Shown one piece after another: positions 8,070 to 16,236 of a stretch of 32,000 nt of DNA. Both the position numbers and the translations under genes were made by a program. How positions within the stretch are numbered: position 1 is the first letter of the stretch; every line of letters begins with the position of its first letter. The DNA is taken from contig NZ_OZ017288.1 of NCBI RefSeq assembly GCF_963967315.1, forward strand, positions 510,001 through 542,000. The letters run 5' to 3'. The stretch is from Candidatus Minimicrobia sp. QA0096 (lineage in GTDB: Bacteria; Patescibacteriota; Saccharimonadia; Saccharimonadales; Saccharimonadaceae). The notes below the pieces were generated by a model, which had not been told where the DNA came from, did not search any database, and was given only the letters and a program-made list of their open reading frames with translations.

Positions 8070-10601
8070 TTATAGCATGTTGCGAAGGTTTTTGAACTGA
8101 TCTTTGGCTGCGTCAGTTGCATTAGCTGACAGCCTCTTATCAGTAAGAATTGTGTTGATAACTTTCTTAAGATCTTGACGTTTCTTATCAGTAATAACAG
8201 ATGTATTCTTTACAGCTTCTATTAATAACTTAACACCATCAGCCTCAGTGGTGGCTAAAGTTTCTGGTTTATATTTACCACCCTGTAGCCAGTCAGCACA
8301 ATAATTGAGCAAATCTTGACGGTTATTAATAGCGCCCTTAACCATATCGTCAATTAATTTACCGCCCATAAATGAAGCTTTGTTTTTCACGCCGGATGAC
8401 GCTAATGCTGCCGACACGGAAGAATAGAATTCTGGCGGTAATTCGCTAACAAGCTGAGCCACTTCTGTAACAGTTCCGTATTTAATCTGCTCTTCAATTG
8501 CGGCTTCACGTATAAATATGTTATTACTATCCAGTACTGTTCCATTTGAAAGCGTCACGGAATTGCCTAAAGATATCTTTTGTCTTTGCTCAGCGCTCAG
8601 CTTATAATGCTTCATAATCTGATGAGCTTCATCAACAGACTTGGCGTACTCACTGCGGCTGGTTGCTATGGCTGAAGCTAAGGCTGCATTTGCACCAATC
8701 AAATTGCCATTTGCATCTTTGAATACGTTGCCGCCAGCTTTTTCTCGAAGTTCCTTGCTGTTTATCAATTGTTCTGCAAATTCACTGTGCTGCTGACGTT
8801 GAGCGTTGTTCTTAATCAGACCCGCTGTTGCAATTTCGGTTTCTAGGTCTTTAATATCATTCATGAATGCGGTTTGCTGCTGATGGGCTTTCAAATCTTG
8901 TCGAGTTGCATAGGTAGCCGACACGTTTCTCAGAGCACGATCGTATAGAGATCTTTTTTCGTATATATCATCTGGTGCGTGACCCAGCGTAGATTCGAGG
9001 TAGCGATTATCATCTTGTGCAGATAAGAAATCTGAGCGCCTGGAAGCCTGTCTGGCATATAAGTCCGACTTCTTATATTTGGCTGTATTCCTAAATGAAT
9101 TCTCGGCATTTTTCTGTGAAGTTTCCAGATCCTTTTTACGCAATCTACTATTATGATCCATTCGGCGGCGTAAACGATTTGGGTTGAATCGCGTCATATT
9201 GGCATTAGTCAACTTCTTGTTTTTAGTGATCTCACGACGATCTTTAGCCCAGTTTTTGGACTTGTCGTACCAGCCTTTATTCTTGTCATTAACAAACCCA
9301 GCGAATTTGCCTAATACTCCGCCGCTAAGTTTCAGAATTATAGGTGTTAAGGCTAATGGTATAACTTGAACCACCATTCCTAAGATTTGCATTATTCCAC
9401 CATTTGCTCCAGTGGCGTTTTGGATAATTATTATTCCCGCTAGTTGTGCCCCACCGAATATTACAGCGAATGCCGGGAAAAATACTAACATCGTGAGGAA
9501 TAAGTCTCGCCATTTCTTAAACCATTTTTCTGTGCCAGGAAGTAAATAGCAAACGAAGGCTAAAGGTGAAATGATAATTAAGATTACAATCAAAGCTTGA
9601 CGTGCTGCCATAATTAGAAGTACTAAGAGAAGCACTAGACCTATCCCCACTAATGCTGATAGTGCCAATGGTAGCAGTTCTGCGCCCATGGCTACTGTTG
9701 CGACTGCCCCGCCAGCTAAAGCTCCGTTGGATAATATCATCACAATAACTTCTGACCATGTCCAACCTACACCCGTATTTTCTCCTACGGTGGATATGGT
9801 ATTTTTAATCCCCATGAAAGCGTCTTGGAAAGCGTAACCAGTTACGTTTGATAAATCCAGTAATATAGCACAAATCGTAAATGATAAGTTGACCAGCACT
9901 GCCGCAATTATTAACCTAGGGAGCATTTTTTTAACGCCGTAATTGCTAATTCCTACAGAGGTCAATTGTGAGTAGATAATCACCAAAAACGCCACAATAA
10001 ACGCCACATTGCTAATGTTGCGCATAATGACCCACGCCAGATAAATTCCACTGTTTTGGTTGGTCGTTTCTAACGGCTTAGTTTTTAAGAACTCCTGAAG
10101 CGCGCTGTACATATAATCTATGCCATCAGCCAGCCAGTTGGAGAGTGGACAGATAATCCAACCTATTCCCTGCACATCACAGGAAGTACCTGTTGAATTT
10201 TCAGATGGCGATTCAATTGAAATAGTTGAGGTGCTGGTTTGTTCATAGGTGTTTGGTGGCGTAAATGAATAAACTGCGTAGGTTGCGGAACTTAGTGAAG
10301 ATATTTCGCTTGATGGGAAATAAATAACCTTGGCTTCTTTTTTATTCTTATCTTCATTAACATAAACAAGCGAATTATCAGGTAGGTTAAATTGTTTGAT
10401 CTTTTTATCATCACTTACCTTTGTATATTTTTCTTTATTATAGGTTAAATTATGACCACTCCATTCTGCATCTACAGCGTAAACAGAGGTTGAGTGTGTT
10501 AAGTTATTAAGAAAAATGCCCACCAGCATCCCTGCTATCAGCAATACAAACCACTGCAGCCACTTGTTAAGAAACTGCTTACGGGAAATTAACCACTCCA
10601 T
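8070..10601 (-). CDS. Extended VirB6/TrbL-like polytopic membrane protein, paralog 1
   Basis: 843 aa. It has an N-terminal TM/signal, a roughly 110-aa ectodomain, the conserved SCDVQGIGWIICPL motif and then about 6-7 TM helices. These include ARQALIVILIIISPLAFVCYLLPGTEKWFKKW, a TrbL/VirB6-like loop motif. A basic/polar cytoplasmic tail of about 400 aa follows. Clearly homologous to the adjacent 994-aa ORF. Confidence 0.65.
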   Translation of the reverse strand: MEWLISRKQFLNKWLQWFVLLIAGMLVGIFLNNLTHSTSVYAVDAEWSGHNLTYNKEKYTKVSDDKKIKQFNLPDNSLVYVNEDKNKKEAKVIYFPSSEISSLSSATYAVYSFTPPNTYEQTSTSTISIESPSENSTGTSCDVQGIGWIICPLSNWLADGIDYMYSALQEFLKTKPLETTNQNSGIYLAWVIMRNISNVAFIVAFLVIIYSQLTSVGISNYGVKKMLPRLIIAAVLVNLSFTICAILLDLSNVTGYAFQDAFMGIKNTISTVGENTGVGWTWSEVIVMILSNGALAGGAVATVAMGAELLPLALSALVGIGLVLLLVLLIMAARQALIVILIIISPLAFVCYLLPGTEKWFKKWRDLFLTMLVFFPAFAVIFGGAQLAGIIIIQNATGANGGIMQILGMVVQVIPLALTPIILKLSGGVLGKFAGFVNDKNKGWYDKSKNWAKDRREITKNKKLTNANMTRFNPNRLRRRMDHNSRLRKKDLETSQKNAENSFRNTAKYKKSDLYARQASRRSDFLSAQDDNRYLESTLGHAPDDIYEKRSLYDRALRNVSATYATRQDLKAHQQQTAFMNDIKDLETEIATAGLIKNNAQRQQHSEFAEQLINSKELREKAGGNVFKDANGNLIGANAALASAIATSRSEYAKSVDEAHQIMKHYKLSAEQRQKISLGNSVTLSNGTVLDSNNIFIREAAIEEQIKYGTVTEVAQLVSELPPEFYSSVSAALASSGVKNKASFMGGKLIDDMVKGAINNRQDLLNYCADWLQGGKYKPETLATTEADGVKLLIEAVKNTSVITDKKRQDLKKVINTILTDKRLSANATDAAKDQFKNLRNML

Positions 10602-10659
10602 CTGGGTTTATATTAGCATTTTTGATGGAAAAAGTCAAGAGAGCGTATGAAGCATGTGC

Positions 10660-13644
10660 CTAGTTCCCTCGTCGCCTAGAATCCTCCAATGCCTTTCTTA
10701 CATCTTCTTGAGATGTAGCGATAATTATTTTCTCCCCAGAATTACTATTATTCTGTTGGTTATTTTGTGGTGATTGTTGAGGACTGCTACCTTGGCTGTT
10801 CTGTTGAGAATTAGAGGAGGATGTATTCTGTGGCGTATTATGGGCAACCACTCCGTGAGCATTTAACGCTTCGGATATTGCTTGATTTATATTTTTCGCA
10901 GTATTTGGATTTGATATGGCAACTTCTCCTGCTTTTATAAATGCATCCTTAGCTTGCTGACTTCCACTAGTAGTAATAGCATCGGATAACCATTTGGTTG
11001 CTGCGCCATTTTGTACTAAGTGTTCCGCCTGTAGATTTCCAGACGCGGCATTATTTACTGCCATATTAGATAGGTCTTGCGTACTACCAACCTCGTCATT
11101 AAGGATAGCATCTCCTAATCCATTTCCTATGATATTATTATCCTTCTTTGCGTATGCAGCTTTAATTGCCCGTTGTTTTATGGAGTTGTCTGTGCCTTTT
11201 AGACTACTCAATACATCCATACGTTCTTTAAAACTACCATTAGCCATAGTATGGTCAATAGCCGCCGCGCGCATAGCCTTTGATTCTACAGTTGTGCCGT
11301 TGGCTATATTGGCTATCTTGTCAGATGTCATACCTTGCAACATTGTGGATGCATTTTCAACGTCGCTTTCGAACGCCTTAGCTACAGTTGCGCGGGCGCG
11401 CGCTCCACCTTTATCCCAACCCATGAATTGACCGAGTGGACTATTGTCCCTCCACGTCGCAAATTTACCCGTTCGCCTGCTTGCGCGTTTTCTATTCATG
11501 AAGTCTGAGTATTTTCTTTTTGTATCGCCAATAACAGAATTGTCAACACGTCCTTTTGCTGCGCCTTTTATATTTCCAGCGAATCGACTATGCGCATTAG
11601 CACCCATTCTGCCTATCTTTGCGCCAATATTGCCCAACGAATTTAAGGAGCTCTGTAGTACGAAAGGTGTGGCGCCTAATGGCAAAATAGACGCTGCCAA
11701 GCCTGCAAACTGCATAGTTATCGCAGTATCATTCGGGTCGCTTGTGGCTGTTGTCATTAATATTGCCCCTGCTAATTTACCAGCTCCATACAAAAGGGAT
11801 ATTATAGGAAAAACCATTAATAACCCCCTAAACATTGATACCCATTTTTTGAATAAACTTTCGGTGTTTGGCAGGAGCCAAGCTGCGAATGCTAGGGGCG
11901 CAATTGATATTAGGAGAACTATAGCTGCTTGTCTAACTATTAGTATGACAAGCACAACAAGTAGCACTAACATTAGAGATAGTAATGTTGGTACACTGAC
12001 TGCAAGCGCTGCAAATAGCACTGTTCCTGTAAGAACTAGAATGCCAGCAACTGCTGCGCCGAGACCGCTCGCTATTGCTGAATTTGAAGACGATCCACCA
12101 ACTCCAGACACCGCTCCTTCAAGAGCTTCTTTTAGTGTAAAGCCAAGGATATTGGATAAGTCGACGGCTAATTGACATATATAAAACGATAGGTTTACTA
12201 ATACAGCTCCCACTATTAATTTTGGTAAGATTTTTTTAATGCCGTAGTTACTTATGCCGATACTACTGACTTGTGAGAAAATTACCCATAAAAATAGCAA
12301 TACAAATATGACGTTTGCTATATCACGAAAGAAGTTCCATGCCTGTTTTGCTCCTACCGCATCAGACCCCTCATCGAAGATAGCAGGTCTAATATTAAGA
12401 AACTGTGATATTACAGAATAAGAAGCATCAGCAATTCCCCCCATAAAAGTCATTAAAGGACAAATAAGCCATCCCATTCCATCAATACCACACGAATTTT
12501 TTTCCTCTTCTTCTCCGCCGCCGTCACCTTCCGACGGAGTTTCTATTTTAGCAGACTGACCTTGCTTACAGGCGTTTATTTTTTCTGGCTGATTTTCATA
12601 TTTTGTGTAGCAATACTTAGGATCATCCTTATGATTTATACCGCGTCTGCAGGCGGCTTTTAGATTTTCGTCTGCCAGCCCTACACACGCGGTGTCTGTG
12701 ACTGACTGCTTTAGGGCTTCTTGATATTTTGGCGCTGACTCCACTAGGCGTTGATATATATTCATACACTGCCATTCAGAAATGTTTGCGTCATAATGAT
12801 TCTGTGGCCATTCACGGTTATTTGATCCGCCCACATTATAACCCTGCCCGTCGCCAGGTAGGTAATATGAGTTAGTTGCATTTCCGTTACCATCTATATT
12901 TGGTATTTCCCAATCTTTTGAGCTGTGTCGTTGAGGTTGAGGATTGTCGTCTTTTACGCAACCTTTTATCATGGACCTCGAAACCAGATATTTTATGCTA
13001 GGATCGGAGTTTTCTATACCATTTTTATAACCTGATAAATTTGTTAGTACTTCAAATATCTTTCCTTTTGAATATACATTAGCGTCAACTTGTCTATCAT
13101 CCTTCCCTCCTGCAGACTTCTTTTTTTTGCCAAATGCACCACTTCCATTTATACATTCGTCTTCGGACAGGGTGTAGTTAGTGCCTCTCCTGTATCCTAT
13201 TTTGCAAAGCAATACCTCTACGGCGGAGGATCTTCCTTGTGGCTGTATGTTGAATTGACTAACAGCTGTACTCATAAGTTCAGCTGAGTTGCAATCAAAA
13301 TATCCTCCCGAGCTATTGTATCCTGTAAAGCCTGGAAAAGTTCCTACGTAAGCTCCGTCGCCAACATTATTAAATATTTTTCCCTTTTTCAGCTCCTCTA
13401 CGTTGCTGTTGGGCGCCTTACTTCCTGCACGGACAAAACATGTATCTAATGCGCGCGCATAAACATAGAACTTATATTTTTCTTGAGTACTGAGGCCATC
13501 AAAGTATCCATCAGCAAATGCGGGTAAAGAGGTTAATAGTGTAGAAATTGGTAATATAAATAAGGCGCTCACGCACAAATATAAAACTATACTCTTAAAG
13601 ACGTTTCTACGACTAAACCCACTCATAAACATAAACACCTTCAT
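10660..13644 (-). CDS. Extended VirB6/TrbL-like polytopic membrane protein, paralog 2, with large Cys-rich ectodomain
   Basis: 994 aa. A signal peptide is followed by an ectodomain of about 350 aa with 12 Cys. Then come SCGIDGMGWLICPL, a multi-TM core (VRQAAIVLLISIAPLAFAAWLLPNTESLFKKW), and a long tail ending in a Q/N/S low-complexity tract. The real start may be the third Met (MSGFSRRN, ATG at 13626), 9 nt after an AAGGTG Shine-Dalgarno. Confidence 0.65.
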   Translation of the reverse strand: MKVFMFMSGFSRRNVFKSIVLYLCVSALFILPISTLLTSLPAFADGYFDGLSTQEKYKFYVYARALDTCFVRAGSKAPNSNVEELKKGKIFNNVGDGAYVGTFPGFTGYNSSGGYFDCNSAELMSTAVSQFNIQPQGRSSAVEVLLCKIGYRRGTNYTLSEDECINGSGAFGKKKKSAGGKDDRQVDANVYSKGKIFEVLTNLSGYKNGIENSDPSIKYLVSRSMIKGCVKDDNPQPQRHSSKDWEIPNIDGNGNATNSYYLPGDGQGYNVGGSNNREWPQNHYDANISEWQCMNIYQRLVESAPKYQEALKQSVTDTACVGLADENLKAACRRGINHKDDPKYCYTKYENQPEKINACKQGQSAKIETPSEGDGGGEEEEKNSCGIDGMGWLICPLMTFMGGIADASYSVISQFLNIRPAIFDEGSDAVGAKQAWNFFRDIANVIFVLLFLWVIFSQVSSIGISNYGIKKILPKLIVGAVLVNLSFYICQLAVDLSNILGFTLKEALEGAVSGVGGSSSNSAIASGLGAAVAGILVLTGTVLFAALAVSVPTLLSLMLVLLVVLVILIVRQAAIVLLISIAPLAFAAWLLPNTESLFKKWVSMFRGLLMVFPIISLLYGAGKLAGAILMTTATSDPNDTAITMQFAGLAASILPLGATPFVLQSSLNSLGNIGAKIGRMGANAHSRFAGNIKGAAKGRVDNSVIGDTKRKYSDFMNRKRASRRTGKFATWRDNSPLGQFMGWDKGGARARATVAKAFESDVENASTMLQGMTSDKIANIANGTTVESKAMRAAAIDHTMANGSFKERMDVLSSLKGTDNSIKQRAIKAAYAKKDNNIIGNGLGDAILNDEVGSTQDLSNMAVNNAASGNLQAEHLVQNGAATKWLSDAITTSGSQQAKDAFIKAGEVAISNPNTAKNINQAISEALNAHGVVAHNTPQNTSSSNSQQNSQGSSPQQSPQNNQQNNSNSGEKIIIATSQEDVRKALEDSRRRGN

Positions 13645-13668
13645 TTAATCACATATGAAGGTGTTTAT
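13631..13668 (-). promoter_or_regulatory. Perfect 14-bp stem / 10-nt loop hairpin covering the annotated start and putative RBS of VirB6-like paralog 2
   Basis: ATAAACACCTTCAT (13631-13644) is the exact reverse complement of ATGAAGGTGTTTAT (13655-13668). The element lies 24 nt downstream of the lipoprotein stop and is not followed by a strong U-tract. Confidence 0.5.
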
Positions 13669-13691
13669 GCAATAGTTGCTAAGTCTGGAGT

Positions 13692-14807
13692 TTAGTCTTT
13701 TTTAATATTGTCCCAAGCATTCTGTATCTCAGGGATTTCGTATGCTGGTACGTCTTCACCGTTTATAGTGAATAGCATCGGGCTTCCTTGTTTTTGATAA
13801 TCATGAGGTACACTGATTCCTCGGAAATCAATTATCACAGGAGCTACTCGAATCTTTACTGTGCGGTCTGATACCGCATCAAGGGATTGCTCCTTTGACG
13901 GGTCAAAGTTTAGATTTTCGGCACTCCCCCTGTCAGTGTTAACAATGGTCATTATTTCTTCAACCCCACCATCTCCTGTTAGATAAGCTGCTTGATATTT
14001 AGGAATCCAACCACCGTAATTTAGACCGTTGCATCGTGTAAGATCTCCTTCATCAGAACAAGGGTCTGCGTTATTAGCGTTGTTTCGGACTAGCTTTGGA
14101 TAATTACCGTCTTTTCCTGTAGACTCAAATATTTTATTTGGCTGTCCATCTAGTGGAAATAGGTCGAAAACGTTATAGTCAAGATATCTTTCCTCAGGGT
14201 ATTCTTTATACTCCTCAAAAAAGTCATATATCACCTTTTGAGCACTTCCTATAGCCATACTGCTTAGGTAGGCGTCGCGCATCTTGTCTGCCTCTTCCAC
14301 TCTGCCTTCGTCGACTAGTTTAAAGTAGGATTTGGCCATCAAATTAATACTGTAGGCGCTGTGCTCTCCGATATTTTTCATGACTCCAGGGAGTTCTTCT
14401 TTTGTTGTGATTATCTGACCAAACTCATCAATATCTAATTTTGCAGATTCGCTGTTAGCATGCATGTTTGTATAATTAATGAAGGCTGCTCTCTTGTCGT
14501 TCGTGTCTTTTGCATTATCCAAAGAGTCTAGAAGATTATCCAGTCCCTCAATTTCTGGGATTTCTCTAGCCTCTGGTGATGGAGAACTTGTCTCTTCTAC
14601 TGAAGGTGTAGAATCTTGAGTTTCCTGCGAGGTAGGTGTTGTATCTGGAGTTGGCTCACTGTAGCTTTCACCACAGGCTGACAACGGAGCTACTGAAGCT
14701 AACAGTGCTGCCGCTGTAGCGATGCCCTTTAAGAACTTTTCTTTAGTTGTAGTTGAAAGACTTGTTTTTGAATCGCTTGGGTTAAATTGTTCACGATTTC
14801 GAACCAT
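13692..14807 (-). CDS. Predicted lipoprotein, unknown function (first gene of the T4SS-like operon)
   Basis: The track ORF 13692..15053 runs through a tRNA and a terminator, so the start was moved to Met83 (ATG at 14807). The N-terminus MVRNREQ...KEKFLKGIATAAALLASVAPLSAC|GES has a lipobox (LSAC). A GAGGAAGGA element lies upstream. An S/T/P/E-rich linker follows, then a globular domain of about 300 aa with no motif I recognise. Confidence 0.6.
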   Translation of the reverse strand: MVRNREQFNPSDSKTSLSTTTKEKFLKGIATAAALLASVAPLSACGESYSEPTPDTTPTSQETQDSTPSVEETSSPSPEAREIPEIEGLDNLLDSLDNAKDTNDKRAAFINYTNMHANSESAKLDIDEFGQIITTKEELPGVMKNIGEHSAYSINLMAKSYFKLVDEGRVEEADKMRDAYLSSMAIGSAQKVIYDFFEEYKEYPEERYLDYNVFDLFPLDGQPNKIFESTGKDGNYPKLVRNNANNADPCSDEGDLTRCNGLNYGGWIPKYQAAYLTGDGGVEEIMTIVNTDRGSAENLNFDPSKEQSLDAVSDRTVKIRVAPVIIDFRGISVPHDYQKQGSPMLFTINGEDVPAYEIPEIQNAWDNIKKD

Positions 14808-14886
14808 AACGCTTGGTATCCTTCCTCTGACATTGTCAGATATTTTATTGTAAAAACTTCTTAGACTTTCTAGTCCAATTGCCCAT

Positions 14887-14915
14887 ATCATAACATAAAC
14901 TATACAAAAATGCAA
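14887..14915 (-). promoter_or_regulatory. Putative sigma70-type promoter of the T4SS-like operon
   Basis: On the minus strand the sequence reads TTGCAT, a 17-nt spacer, then TATGAT. It lies downstream of the tRNA-Asp terminator and about 80 nt upstream of the lipoprotein start. Confidence 0.35.
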
Positions 14916-14936
14916 TAAGTTAAGTATATTTTCCAT

Positions 14937-14958
14937 AAAAAAACACCCTGTTAGGGTG
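14937..14958 (-). terminator. Rho-independent terminator after tRNA-Asp
   Basis: The minus strand reads CACCCT-AAC-AGGGTG followed by a run of about 7 T. Coordinates are set in the ORF-track frame and may be off by 1 nt. Confidence 0.6.
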
Positions 14959-14968
14959 AAAATATCTG

Positions 14969-15046
14969 TGGCGCGCTCGACCGGATTCGAACCGGCGATC
15001 TCCTCCGTGACAGGGAGGCGTGATAGGCCAACTTCACTACGAGCGC
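14969..15046 (-). tRNA. tRNA-Asp (anticodon GUC), CCA encoded
   Basis: Minus strand: GCGCTCG TA GTGA AGTTGGCCTA TCAC G CCTCC CTGTCAC GGAGG AGATC GCCGG TTCGAAT CCGGT CGAGCGC G CCA. The cloverleaf folds cleanly. Coordinates may be off by 1 nt. Confidence 0.9.
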
Positions 15047-15061
15047 ATATCAATACCCCTT

Positions 15062-15090
15062 ATATTATCAGATTACTTCTGTCTTTTCAA
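15062..15090 (-). promoter_or_regulatory. Putative promoter for tRNA-Asp
   Basis: The minus strand reads TTGAAA, a 17-nt spacer, then TAATAT. The element ends about 15 nt upstream of the tRNA 5' end. Confidence 0.45.
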
Positions 15091-15112
15091 GGAAAATGTT
15101 TGCTTTTTTCGC

Positions 15113-15139
15113 TTGACTATTTTACAATTTAGGTATAAG
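15113..15139 (+). promoter_or_regulatory. Putative promoter for the pilin array
   Basis: TTGACT, a 15-nt spacer (short), then TATAAG, ending 10 nt before the ATG at 15150. This would give a very short or absent leader. Confidence 0.3.
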
Positions 15140-15149
15140 AGAAAATTTT

Positions 15150-15521
15150 ATGGCAAAAAGAAATATTGTAATCAGTATATTCATCGCAACAGTAATCGCA
15201 GGGAGCGTTTTTATACCCAAAGTAGCTTTGGCTGCCGGCTGCGGCGGCGCGGAAACCTCTGTTATTTCTTGTGAAGGCGAAGGTAGTACGGCAATTATCA
15301 ACATAATCAAGCAAGTTATTAAAATCTTAACCGCTGGAGTTTTGGTCGCGGCGGTTGGTGCTGTTATATATGGCGCATTCTTATATACCACTTCTGAGGG
15401 TAGTCCAGATAAGATAAAAAAAGCACGTGAAGTCTGGACGAATACTGTTATTGGGATAATAATGTTTGCGTTTATGGTGGCAATTACTAACTTTATTATT
15501 CCAGGAGGAGTTTTCGATTAA
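15150..15521 (+). CDS. VirB2/TrbC-like T4SS pilin paralog A (Cys-pair class)
   Basis: 123 aa. A Sec signal (cleavage near ALA|AG) precedes a short exposed segment with two Cys (GCGGAETSVISCEG). Two hydrophobic helices are separated by a TSEGSPDKIKKAR loop, which is VirB2/TrbC topology. The core is shared with the six other paralogs. Confidence 0.7.
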   Translation: MAKRNIVISIFIATVIAGSVFIPKVALAAGCGGAETSVISCEGEGSTAIINIIKQVIKILTAGVLVAAVGAVIYGAFLYTTSEGSPDKIKKAREVWTNTVIGIIMFAFMVAITNFIIPGGVFD

Positions 15522-15949
15522 TGAAGAAAATTATAATAGCAATGTCTTTAATGATTATAGGGTCGTTTGGGGCGAGCGTAACTTTCCCGGGTATTTCTTT
15601 TGCGGACGATGCATGTTCTAATAAGGGGAAGATTTTAACATTAAAACCATGGTATAGCGGCTTGACTAATAGTGACTGTTCCCTTAAAAATCCAGGCACA
15701 GATACTAATTCTCAAGCTAACTATATTTGGAAAATCGCGCTTAATATCGTTGATGATTTGCTGCAGCTTATCGGTTACACGACTGTTGGATATATTATGT
15801 ACGGTGGATTCTTGATGATGACCAGTAACGGTGCTCCAGACAAGGCTGCTCATGGGCGAAAGACTATTATGAGTGCCGCGATCGGTCTGGTTATCGCCCT
15901 AGCTTCTGTTGCGTTGGTTAACTTTATATCATCAAAGATAGGGGTATAA
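15521..15949 (+). CDS. VirB2/TrbC-like T4SS pilin paralog B (Cys-pair class, longest variable region)
   Basis: 142 aa. A signal peptide (SFA|DD) precedes a variable segment with two Cys (ACSNKGKILTLKPWYSGLTNSDCS). The two-helix core has the loop TSNGAPDKAAHGR. The ATG overlaps the previous stop (TAATG), and AGGAGGAG lies upstream. Confidence 0.7.
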   Translation: MKKIIIAMSLMIIGSFGASVTFPGISFADDACSNKGKILTLKPWYSGLTNSDCSLKNPGTDTNSQANYIWKIALNIVDDLLQLIGYTTVGYIMYGGFLMMTSNGAPDKAAHGRKTIMSAAIGLVIALASVALVNFISSKIGV

Positions 15950-15950
15950 A

Positions 15951-16235
15951 ATGAGATATATGGAATTTTTTGCTGGATTATTAGGAAAAGCAGATGATCT
16001 TGGCGTGCCACAGAATAACGATGTAGATATTATGAAGTTTGTTAATTTGGCGCTCTGGGTGGCTGGTGTCGTGGCTGTTATTGTGGTGATTATTGCTGGA
16101 ATAAATTATTCCCTGTCTTCCGGCGATCCCGCTAAGACGGCCAGCGCAAAGAATGCTATTTTATATTCAGTTATTGGTTTGGTTATTATTGCTAGTGCGA
16201 TTGCTATAACAGGTTATATTATAGGAAAGGTTTAA
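15951..16235 (+). CDS. VirB2/TrbC-like pilin-core paralog C (no obvious signal peptide)
   Basis: 94 aa. It retains the two-helix core (LALWVAGVVAVIVVIIAGINYSLSSGDPAKTASAKNAILYSVIGLVIIASAIAI) but lacks a hydrophobic Sec leader. The start could also be the internal Met4. Confidence 0.6.
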   Translation: MRYMEFFAGLLGKADDLGVPQNNDVDIMKFVNLALWVAGVVAVIVVIIAGINYSLSSGDPAKTASAKNAILYSVIGLVIIASAIAITGYIIGKV

Positions 16236-16236
16236 A

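Noticed and set aside
10994-12175. Long plus-strand ORFs (145 aa and 243 aa) inside the VirB6-like gene. Similar antisense ORFs occur at 318-1010, 1479-2111, 2754-2960, 3747-4115, 4721-4993, 5824-6018, 6853-7044, 9184-9369, 16998-17429, 17711-18103, 18988-19230, 27579-28409, 28604-29698 and 31292-31912.
   Set aside because: They lie antisense or out of frame within much longer ORFs that have clear family motifs. Their products are low-complexity and unlike real proteins. They are shadow ORFs.
14826-14840. 7-bp inverted repeat TCTGACA-T-TGTCAGA next to the lipoprotein RBS.
   Set aside because: It is short and expected by chance in 32 kb. There is no second copy and no obvious regulatory context. 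Noted only.
15020-15699. Small ORFs around the start of the pilin array (15020..15274 +, 15122..15391 -, 15129..15314 -, 15496..15699 -, 15641..15853 -).
   Set aside because: They overlap the promoter region or lie antisense to the pilin genes, which have conserved paralogous structure. No independent support.
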